Source: a virus | DNA length: 18,931 nucleotides | Virus record (IMG/VR): IMGVR_UViG_3300045988_031999 | Span: 1-18,931 of that record | Direction: 5' to 3' (one strand) | Part shown: positions 1 to 5,931 of the stretch, piece after piece | Position numbering within the stretch: position 1 is the first letter of the stretch | Layout: each line of letters opens with the position of its first letter | The notes under the pieces: model-generated | What the model saw: the letters and a program-made list of their open reading frames with translations, nothing else | Database searches by the model: none | Told to the model about the DNA's origin: nothing | Made by a program: the position numbers and the translations under genes

Positions 1-30
1 TTTTACGCCTGTCTGTCAACTTTTTTTATT

Positions 31-68
31 TTGGGCGTGTTGTTTGTTTTTGGGCGTGTCGTTTGTTT
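31..68 (+). repeat. Tandem 19-bp direct repeat x2 inside ITR-L (ttgggcgtgtYgtttgttt)
   Basis: 31-49 ttgggcgtgttgtttgttt and 50-68 ttgggcgtgtcgtttgttt are directly abutting with 1 mismatch. Each contains (gttt)n. Confidence 0.9.
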
Positions 69-73
69 GTTTG

Positions 74-82
74 TGTTATAGT
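74..82 (+). promoter_or_regulatory. Extended -10-like element TGtTATAGT in ITR-L, reading inward
   Basis: TG at 74-75 and TATAGT at 77-82, about 34 nt upstream of the ATG at 116. An SD-like aagggaaaggaaa lies at 98-110. No good -35 is present. Confidence 0.5.
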
Positions 83-115
83 GTAGTTATCCGTTTCAAG
101 GGAAAGGAAAATAAA

Positions 116-346
116 ATGAACACTATTATTGCAATCGATTGGGCACGCGATTGGGTTGTGGTTTCTTTTACTGATATTGAGAATGTTTATACATTCAGTC
201 TTGGTGAAGTCACTACCTTGAGTGGTGCAAAAACCCGTATTCGTCATATACTGCTCAAGCAGTATGGTATTACGCTTTCTCGTATGAGGTTTGAGAAGTC
301 TACTAATGCTATTGACTATTACCGTTCTAGCCGTGTTGGTTGGTGA
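116..346 (+). CDS. Hypothetical early protein, 76 aa (left terminal gene)
   Basis: The ATG at 116 is preceded by an SD-like gggaaagg. It is the internal Met of track ORF 44..346. The upstream 24 codons lie in the ITR, start with TTG and have no SD. The stop is followed within 3 nt by the next gene's GGAGG. Confidence 0.65.
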   Translation: MNTIIAIDWARDWVVVSFTDIENVYTFSLGEVTTLSGAKTRIRHILLKQYGITLSRMRFEKSTNAIDYYRSSRVGW

Positions 347-361
347 TTGGAGGTAAATGAG

Positions 362-739
362 ATGAATATTGTTGGTGTTGATGTTCATACCGATAAAGAA
401 TTACCGGCTGAGTTGGTTGCTATTAGAGGTGATGAGGGTTGGACTTCGTTGATTTTTGCTGACAATATTACCGGTTTTGGTATGTGGCAGCAGACCGGTG
501 ATGATACTTGGTATTTTGATACTTTGGTAGGTGGTGATTACGATTTGTATCATGACCTTGACGCTGAGCGGGTTACGGGTATCTGCGGTGCTGTTTGTGG
601 CCTTGACTGGGAGGTTTCTGCTAATGATTATCTTGCTGAATATGGGGTTAAGCTTGGTCGATTTGACACGGCTAAGGGCGATAGATATAAGTTGGTCGAG
701 CTTGGAGAGCATGACATGCGGGAGGGTTTCCGCATATGA
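362..739 (+). CDS. Hypothetical strongly acidic early protein, 125 aa
   Basis: GGAGG at 349-353, then the ATG at 362 (internal Met of track ORF 347..739). Hand count gives about 25 D+E versus about 10 K+R. Confidence 0.75.
   Translation: MNIVGVDVHTDKELPAELVAIRGDEGWTSLIFADNITGFGMWQQTGDDTWYFDTLVGGDYDLYHDLDAERVTGICGAVCGLDWEVSANDYLAEYGVKLGRFDTAKGDRYKLVELGEHDMREGFRI
663..691 (+). promoter_or_regulatory. Near-consensus promoter TTGACA-N17-TATAAG
   Basis: ttgaca at 663-668, a 17-nt spacer, then tataag at 686-691. It lies in the 3' end of CDS 362..739, upstream of the gene at 810. Confidence 0.4.
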
Positions 740-809
740 ATGCCAGTATTGCAAAGTTGCGTCAGATAGTTCGTGTTATCAATATGAATGTTGATTAGGG
801 AGGTTTATC

Positions 810-1037
810 ATGTGGTATTTTATTATTACTGCCGATGGTTTTCAGGTTTTTAAGGTTTTTCCTGATTGTGTGAAGCCGAGTGGGAAGTTTTATGCTCCTA
901 CGCTTAAGTCTGCACTTGATGGTGTTTTGTCTCATATTCGTGGTGCCTATGTCGAGCATGTGAGCGTGGATATCGATAACGCCACGTTCGATATTGATGG
1001 CGTCATGGTTGGTATGGTTCGAGTGTCTTTGGCCTGA
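810..1037 (+). CDS. Hypothetical early protein, 75 aa
   Basis: Strong SD tagggagg, then 7 nt, then ATG. Tightly packed with its neighbours. Confidence 0.75.
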   Translation: MWYFIITADGFQVFKVFPDCVKPSGKFYAPTLKSALDGVLSHIRGAYVEHVSVDIDNATFDIDGVMVGMVRVSLA

Positions 1038-1050
1038 TTGGAGTGGTATT

Positions 1051-1281
1051 ATGGAATGGCATTATTTTACCGTCATTGATGAGTTTACGGGGTTGAGCTG
1101 TAGTTTTCGCTGGCGTGAAGCGATCTGCGATTACTGTGGGGTTGACTACCGATTCCAATTGTATTGCGGATTCTGCGGTAAGTATGACCCTATCATGGAT
1201 TTTGTTGATTTGGATAGTGGTTTTGAGTACTGTCGTAATTTTGATTTCAGGCATTTTTATAGGGATTTTCATGTATTCTGA
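1051..1281 (+). CDS. Hypothetical small Cys-rich protein, 76 aa, putative zinc ribbon (CxxC-x9-CxxC)
   Basis: The ATG at 1051 follows ttggag. It is the internal Met of track ORF 994..1281. Contains the motif CDYCGVDYRFQLYCGFCG. Confidence 0.6.
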   Translation: MEWHYFTVIDEFTGLSCSFRWREAICDYCGVDYRFQLYCGFCGKYDPIMDFVDLDSGFEYCRNFDFRHFYRDFHVF

Positions 1282-1287
1282 GGTGTT

Positions 1288-1458
1288 ATGATGATCTATA
1301 TGAGTATTGTTGTCGTTCTGTTTGCGATTCTCATGATTGCCGCGAGTGCTGAAGCGTTTCGTGAAGCGCCGCGTGATATGCGTGACGTAATGTGTTTTTT
1401 GGTCATGCTTGTTGTGAGTGTGGCTATTGTGTTGGTTTTTGTTGTGAAAGGTTTCTGA
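1288..1458 (+). CDS. Small two-pass membrane peptide, 56 aa (below the ORF-track cutoff)
   Basis: Hand translation: MMIYMSIVVVLFAILMIAASAEAFREAPRDMRDVMCFLVMLVVSVAIVLVFVVKGF. Two hydrophobic stretches flank a charged loop. SD-like gaggtg lies at 1280-1285. It exactly fills the gap between neighbouring genes. Confidence 0.6.
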   Translation: MMIYMSIVVVLFAILMIAASAEAFREAPRDMRDVMCFLVMLVVSVAIVLVFVVKGF

Positions 1459-1459
1459 A

Positions 1460-1708
1460 ATGTGTATGAATGATATGAACGTTGCCGTGTTTGCGTCTCC
1501 GTTTGTGGGCGGTGGTGTACGTTTGTGGTATTGTCCTCACGGCCATCGTTATGAATTGCGGTATGCTGTCCAGTTTCGCACGCCGAGTGGCGGGGTGTGT
1601 AATGCGTCGGCCTTGTGTGCGTATGATGCTGGGGACGGATCTCAAGTTGTTGACCTTATGCTTGATGCTATTGACATTGCCAACACCCCATTGCTGGATA
1701 GGGATTAG
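1460..1708 (+). CDS. Hypothetical early protein, 82 aa
   Basis: ORF-track frame with a globular-looking sequence. It ends 2 nt before the next start. The alternative frame 1482..1766 is Leu/Cys-rich and looks like an off-frame artefact. Confidence 0.6.
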   Translation: MCMNDMNVAVFASPFVGGGVRLWYCPHGHRYELRYAVQFRTPSGGVCNASALCAYDAGDGSQVVDLMLDAIDIANTPLLDRD

Positions 1709-1710
1709 TC

Positions 1711-1899
1711 ATGTATGTTCGTGGTTGGTTGCATTCTTGGACTTGCGGTGGTTGTGTTTATGCTGACTCGTATTGGCGTCTTCGTGCGTTTTGGGCGGGT
1801 GTAAAACATAAGTCGGGTATGCCGAAACGGTGTCCTGACCTGCAACTGTGGCATGACATGTGGAGTCTTGGAAACGAGTCCGAAGAATTGGAGTTTTAA
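1711..1899 (+). CDS. Hypothetical Trp/Cys-rich early protein, 62 aa
   Basis: SD-like taggga precedes the ATG at 1711. The stop at 1897-1899 overlaps the region around the next gene's SD. Confidence 0.5.
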   Translation: MYVRGWLHSWTCGGCVYADSYWRLRAFWAGVKHKSGMPKRCPDLQLWHDMWSLGNESEELEF

Positions 1900-1901
1900 T
1901 C

Positions 1902-2078
1902 ATGTATGAAACTTTTGTCGCACTGGCGTATCTGAGATATAGTGATAAACCACCTATTGAAGTAGGCTACGCCACCTCTTACGATAAAGCCGCCGAGTTG
2001 GTGCGCAAGTGGGCGGCAGTGCCTTCACATACGAAGAATGTCGCATATTTCAAAGTAGAAAGAAGGTACTATGTTTAA
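1902..2078 (+). CDS. Hypothetical early protein, 58 aa
   Basis: tggag at 1889-1893, then 8 nt, then the ATG at 1902 (internal Met of track ORF 1860..2078). Confidence 0.6.
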   Translation: MYETFVALAYLRYSDKPPIEVGYATSYDKAAELVRKWAAVPSHTKNVAYFKVERRYYV

Positions 2079-2589
2079 CCGTGGCAATGATCGCACGCCA
2101 ATCTATCGACTGCGCCGGTTTGATGATGCGATCATGGAGTCGCCACGTATTGTCAAGGCCACGCAGGGTCATACCCGTGAATTGAATCTCATTCGTTACG
2201 ACATGGGCTATGGTGATTTTGAAACGTGTTGTCGTGCGGTCAATATGCTGTGCGAACTGTGGCGTGAAGCGCCTAGCGCGTGGTTTACGCAAGCGGTGGT
2301 CACGGTGTCTCAGATTTGCGGAAGCATGTGCATTGGTGATGGACTCGCCGCCGCTTTGTCCCGCACGTATGACGTGGAATATTTGGATGGTTCAGTGAAT
2401 CCGCCTAACCTGATTGCATGGTGCGCAGTGTGCGCGGTCAAGGGTGCCACATCGTACGACTGTTGTACTATTTTCGATAGCCCGCAGGCGCAAAACCTTA
2501 TTATTGCCGTGTTTAAAAATTTTGACAGACTGGACACGACACGATATAATGATAGCGAGTTGGAAAAAATCTTACTGCAAGGGAGGTAA
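2071..2589 (+). CDS. Hypothetical Cys-rich protein, 172 aa
   Basis: SD-like agaagg precedes the ATG at 2071. It overlaps the previous gene by 8 nt. I recognise no family. Confidence 0.75.
   Translation: MFNRGNDRTPIYRLRRFDDAIMESPRIVKATQGHTRELNLIRYDMGYGDFETCCRAVNMLCELWREAPSAWFTQAVVTVSQICGSMCIGDGLAAALSRTYDVEYLDGSVNPPNLIAWCAVCAVKGATSYDCCTIFDSPQAQNLIIAVFKNFDRLDTTRYNDSELEKILLQGR
2522..2550 (+). promoter_or_regulatory. Perfect consensus sigma-A/sigma-70 promoter TTGACA-N17-TATAAT
   Basis: ttgaca at 2522-2527, a spacer at 2528-2544 (17 nt), then tataat at 2545-2550. It lies inside the 3' end of CDS 2071..2589, about 43 nt upstream of the start at 2593. Confidence 0.7.
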
Positions 2590-2592
2590 AAA

Positions 2593-2910
2593 TTGGCTAG
2601 AACCAAAACCGATATTTTCCGCACGCGCGTGTATGCCGTGCTTAAGGGCATGGAGCTTGTTGACGGTGATTTTATGGAAGCCGAGCATGTTATCGACGGA
2701 CGGTTGAAGGACGCCCGCGCGTATTCGATTCGTGCAAAGAAACTGTTCCCTAATTTCATCCCACGCTCTATCAATATTTTTTCGCAAAAGGTTTCCATGA
2801 ATGAGGAAACTTTTTACAAGTATGCGACTTTTGAGCAACCGCAGGAATGGAACCCCGAAGAACATACAAACAAACGACACGCCGACATTGAAAATAATGA
2901 CGGCATGTGA
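2593..2910 (+). CDS. Putative phi29 p6-like histone-like dsDNA-binding protein, 105 aa
   Basis: A TTG start follows GGGAGG plus 7 nt. Size (105 versus 104 aa), position immediately upstream of the SSB, an acidic C-terminal tail, and a loose by-eye pattern match to phi29 p6 (T.V...K...VDG ... F...AT) support the call. Confidence 0.5.
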   Translation: MARTKTDIFRTRVYAVLKGMELVDGDFMEAEHVIDGRLKDARAYSIRAKKLFPNFIPRSINIFSQKVSMNEETFYKYATFEQPQEWNPEEHTNKRHADIENNDGM

Positions 2911-2916
2911 TATAAA
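2908..2916 (+). promoter_or_regulatory. Extended -10-like element TGaTATAAA
   Basis: TG at 2908-2909 and TATAAA at 2911-2916. It overlaps the stop of CDS 2593..2910, 58 nt upstream of the SSB start. Confidence 0.4.
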
Positions 2917-2973
2917 AGATTTTAGGCATAAGCCTGAAAATAAAAACAACAATAATAAGGGAAGGTAAATATC

Positions 2974-3411
2974 ATGGAAAACACCAACACCGCACTCGTG
3001 GCATTCAACACCGAATCCACCGAACTCGGCACAGTCCAGCACTTCATCGACACCTCCACCCGTGAGGGCAAAATCAAGCTCTACTCGGCATTGCAGAACG
3101 CCGAAAAGCTCGACGAACACCTTAACGAAACCTTGAATATGGTGAATGCCGTCGCGCAGGCTGTACAGGTGACGGACGATCAGACGGGAGAAGTATCCAA
3201 CACCGTGCGTGTCATTATTGTGACCGACGATAACAAGGCGTATGCGGCCACCTCCCCCACGTTGGCTGCAGGATTGAACACCATGTTTGGGATCTTCGGA
3301 ACCCCGAACACTTGGGAAGCACCATTGGCAATCAAGGTGGTGGAACGTCGTTCCCGTCGCGGTTTCAAGTTTTTCAGCATTGAGCCGGTGGACGAGAAGG
3401 AAACCAAGTGA
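2974..3411 (+). CDS. phi29 p5-like single-stranded DNA-binding protein, 145 aa
   Basis: SD aagggaagg. N-terminus is MENTN..., then GKIKLYSA, AVAQAVQVTD, and a C-terminal IKVVERRSRRGFKFFSIEP. These match the pattern I recall for phi29 p5 (MENTNIVKATF..GQIKIFNA..AIAQYKQVSD..KVKVVQGTSSKGNVFFSLQL). It lies upstream of TP and pol. Confidence 0.75.
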   Translation: MENTNTALVAFNTESTELGTVQHFIDTSTREGKIKLYSALQNAEKLDEHLNETLNMVNAVAQAVQVTDDQTGEVSNTVRVIIVTDDNKAYAATSPTLAAGLNTMFGIFGTPNTWEAPLAIKVVERRSRRGFKFFSIEPVDEKETK

Positions 3412-3414
3412 GCT

Positions 3415-3423
3415 TGCTATAAT
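3415..3423 (+). promoter_or_regulatory. Extended -10 promoter element TGcTATAAT
   Basis: TG at 3415-3416 and TATAAT at 3418-3423, 4 nt after the SSB stop and 70 nt upstream of the TP start. Confidence 0.55.
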
Positions 3424-3445
3424 AACTGAGTAACGTTCGTTCATA

Positions 3446-3470
3446 GAGAGCACCCACTTTGGGTGCTCTC
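3446..3470 (+). promoter_or_regulatory. Perfect 10-bp stem-loop in the TP leader (no U-tract)
   Basis: gagagcaccc at 3446-3455 pairs with gggtgctctc at 3461-3470, with loop acttt. It is followed by gccatctt, so it is not a classic intrinsic terminator. It lies between the TGcTATAAT and the SD (aagga at 3479-3483). Confidence 0.6.
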
Positions 3471-3492
3471 GCCATCTTAAGGACTGTGCCAT

Positions 3493-4452
3493 ATGTCTCG
3501 GAAGCAAAAGCATGTCAAGGCACGTCAGGCCGCGCAAGCTCGTGCCGCCCGCAATATCAAACAGCTCGGCAGTTACTCTCACTCGAATCTCGCTAAAACC
3601 GCAGATCAACAATTAGTCAATATCGCGAAAACCTTGGGTAAAGAGTGGGAGCGGCAGAAGAAACAGGCCATAGCGGAAGCGAAAGCAACCCCCTACCATG
3701 CCAGTGCCGCGGAAAAGCCGACGAAAAAAGACTACATGTTTGCCCAGCGCACGCCAATCACGAACGCGCAAATCGACGCGGAACCCGTAGCGAAACGTCG
3801 TAAACTGCTCAGGCAACAGCAACGGAAAATCAATGCGGCACGTCGGAAGATCAACGAATGGAACAAAGAGCAAGCCAAACCGCAACGCAGCGTATACGAT
3901 CAGCGCGTGGCCGAACTTGAAGGCACTACCGGCGAAGGCTTCGGGCGCACCCAGATCATCCCGTCGAAACTCACGGACTTCCTGCAAATGACGAACGTAC
4001 TGTCAGATGAAGCGTTCGTGCGCAGTCAATTGGAGAGTGGACACCGGAATGAACTACGGGAACAGATGCATGACGTGGCAGAAATATTGGGCTTGCGTAC
4101 CGAGCAGAAACTTAAAACCTCCAAAAAACGGAAGACGGATACTCGCCCCGACTTGTATGATGATCATAATTGGCCGTCTTACATGTCACGCGGGCGATAT
4201 GAAGTGTTCGAGAAGATCTTGGCTACCACGCTCGGATCGAAAAGATTGAAGCGGTTCCGTCAATTGTCAGCCGCGCAAAAGCGCGCGTTCATCGAACAGA
4301 CGGACGCGCCGCGCATCGTGTTCGATTGGACGGTGTATGACCCCGTTCGACACGGTTTCACTTCAGTGTTCCGAGATAACAGCGAGGGGTATCAGCGTTC
4401 GCGCAGGCAGTTTGACCGGTGGGTGTCGGAAGCGGGCGCACTGGAAAAGTAG
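3493..4452 (+). CDS. Putative terminal protein (protein primer), 319 aa
   Basis: Immediately upstream of the family-B polymerase, as in phi29 (gene 3 then gene 2). Very basic, K/R/Q-rich N-terminal half. No recognisable sequence identity to phi29 TP by eye, so the call rests on position and composition. Confidence 0.55.
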   Translation: MSRKQKHVKARQAAQARAARNIKQLGSYSHSNLAKTADQQLVNIAKTLGKEWERQKKQAIAEAKATPYHASAAEKPTKKDYMFAQRTPITNAQIDAEPVAKRRKLLRQQQRKINAARRKINEWNKEQAKPQRSVYDQRVAELEGTTGEGFGRTQIIPSKLTDFLQMTNVLSDEAFVRSQLESGHRNELREQMHDVAEILGLRTEQKLKTSKKRKTDTRPDLYDDHNWPSYMSRGRYEVFEKILATTLGSKRLKRFRQLSAAQKRAFIEQTDAPRIVFDWTVYDPVRHGFTSVFRDNSEGYQRSRRQFDRWVSEAGALEK

Positions 4453-4479
4453 CTGTGGTCAATCAAGGGAAGGTATACT

Positions 4480-5931
4480 ATGACAGTGCAAGACAAAAGA
4501 GTGGGATTATGGTGTGTGGATAACGTTATACGCTTTACGGACGGCACTGTCTTGCGCGGCGTTGCCGCCCCTAATCGTCTGTTGGCGTCCATCATGTCGG
4601 GCGGAAAACTCACCGTCTACGTGACTGACCCCGAAATGCTTGACCCTTTTGTCGCGCACGTCGTACATGCATTGCCCCACAATGAGCATAATGCTGACTT
4701 GAGCTGGGATGCGATAGTGTCGAAAAAGGGCAAATTCTTCAGCTTCACCGTACGGATTGACCGTGAGAACTCGGCGCGCTTTTTCGATATATCGAATCTT
4801 TTACGCGAGAATTGCAGGCTCACCATGACTGACACGCAACTGCTCTCAATACTTAGAGAGTATGACCTGCGCGGCTTGTGTAAGATTACGGCAGGCGGTG
4901 CGAGCATGGAAGCGTTCGCGTCCGGCGAGTGGAAATGGTATTACGACAAATTCCCACAATTAGAATCCGGTGACAAAAAGTCATTGCATGACGCCTATAT
5001 CGGCGGATTCATGCTAGCCAACGAAGGCATGTACAGCAAGGCTATCGACGTTGACTGCAACTCAATGTATCCGTCCATACTACGAGATGAATGGCTCCCG
5101 TGGGGACTACCTGAACAGTATGAAGGCAAATACGAACAGGACAGCGACATGCCACTGCATTGCGACGAGCTCACGTTTCGCGCGGAACTCAAACCAAACG
5201 GCTACCCCTTTTTGCTTGACAATCGCAGTGTCTATGGGCTGAATCGACTCACCTCAACCCGTGGCTATATCACGCGCGTACTGACTGACATTGACCAAGA
5301 ACTGCTCTACGAAAACTATAACGTCACCATATACAAGCACGTTCGCGGCTGGAAGTTCCGCCGCTCCAAAGGATTCTTCAGGTCATTCATCGATGAATGG
5401 GGAGGACTGAAACAGAAGGCGACGGGTGAGAAACGGCAGATGGCGAAACTGATCATGAACGCGCTCGTAGGCAAAATGGCTAGCCTACCAAAAGGATCCG
5501 TCATGCTCCCCACCTCCAACGATGGCATAACCTTGGACTGGGACGTGGCGCACCGTGAGGAATCGAATTTGAAAACCGATTTTCTCCCCGTGCCCGTATG
5601 GGTGAATGCTTATGCACGTCGCAAGCTCATGACCGTCTGCCACGCGAACGCGGGTAGAGTGTTGTATGCCAATACGGACGGTTGCATCCTATCCGGTTGG
5701 GATCCCGTGCGATCATGCGAGATCCATCCGACTGAACTGGGTAAGTGGAAGATCGCCGCCAAATACGAAAAGCTTACGATATTAGGCATGAACCGGTATC
5801 AAGGATGGAGAGAGGACGGGGGGGTTGACGTATGCATGGCGGGCAACATGTTTGCGAAACCTATCCCCTACGAGCAGTTCCGGCATGGGATGCAGGTCAT
5901 GGATGACTACGGAACGATGGTCATGCTATAA
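4480..5931 (+). CDS. Protein-primed family-B DNA polymerase (phi29 gp2-like), 483 aa
   Basis: ITAGGASMEAF, YIGGF, DVDCNSMYPS (motif A), LPWGLPEQYEGKY..MPLHC, FRSFIDEWG, KLIMNALVGKMAS (motif B), YANTDG (motif C) and ELGKWK align by eye with phi29 MTAGSDSLKGF, YRGGF, DVNSLYP, LPYGEPIVFEGKY..YPLHI, FKDFIDKW, KLMLNSLYGKFAS, YCDTDS and KLGYW. TPR1- and TPR2-length insertions are present. Confidence 0.93.
   Translation: MTVQDKRVGLWCVDNVIRFTDGTVLRGVAAPNRLLASIMSGGKLTVYVTDPEMLDPFVAHVVHALPHNEHNADLSWDAIVSKKGKFFSFTVRIDRENSARFFDISNLLRENCRLTMTDTQLLSILREYDLRGLCKITAGGASMEAFASGEWKWYYDKFPQLESGDKKSLHDAYIGGFMLANEGMYSKAIDVDCNSMYPSILRDEWLPWGLPEQYEGKYEQDSDMPLHCDELTFRAELKPNGYPFLLDNRSVYGLNRLTSTRGYITRVLTDIDQELLYENYNVTIYKHVRGWKFRRSKGFFRSFIDEWGGLKQKATGEKRQMAKLIMNALVGKMASLPKGSVMLPTSNDGITLDWDVAHREESNLKTDFLPVPVWVNAYARRKLMTVCHANAGRVLYANTDGCILSGWDPVRSCEIHPTELGKWKIAAKYEKLTILGMNRYQGWREDGGVDVCMAGNMFAKPIPYEQFRHGMQVMDDYGTMVML

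Larger units (their letters stand above)
1..119. repeat. Left inverted terminal repeat (ITR-L), 119 bp
   Basis: Positions 1-119 are the exact reverse complement of 18813-18931. Identity breaks at position 120 (a versus t in the mirrored copy). It starts 5'-TTTTACGCC and has a T7 run at 21-27. Confidence 0.97.

Noticed and set aside
44-115. Shared 24-aa N-terminal extension (MFLGVSFVCLCYSVVIRFKGKENK) on both terminal ORFs in the track (44..346 + and 18565..18888 -)
   Set aside because: The identity is simply the ITR read in frame. It starts at a TTG with no SD and runs across the predicted promoter. The ATG at 116 and its mirror at 18816, preceded by gggaaagg, are much better starts.
736-798. 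20-codon mini-ORF (MNASIAKLRQIVRVINMNVD) overlapping the stop of 362..739 by ATGA
   Set aside because: It could be a translational-coupling peptide. However, it is very short, the SD spacing is long (about 10 nt), and nothing else supports it. I did not call it a gene.
2922-2937. Small hairpin ttaggc-ataa-gcctga after the p6-like gene
   Set aside because: It has only 6 bp including a G-U pair. It is followed by an A-run rather than a T-run on the + strand, so it is not a credible terminator for the plus-strand genes. There are no minus-strand genes there to terminate.
2572-3612. 346-aa ORF on the minus strand
   Set aside because: It is antisense to three well-supported plus-strand genes (p6-like, SSB, TP start), each with an SD and family-like sequence. 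Its translation is low-complexity (runs of L, G, F, V), and it has no SD. It looks like a typical shadow ORF.
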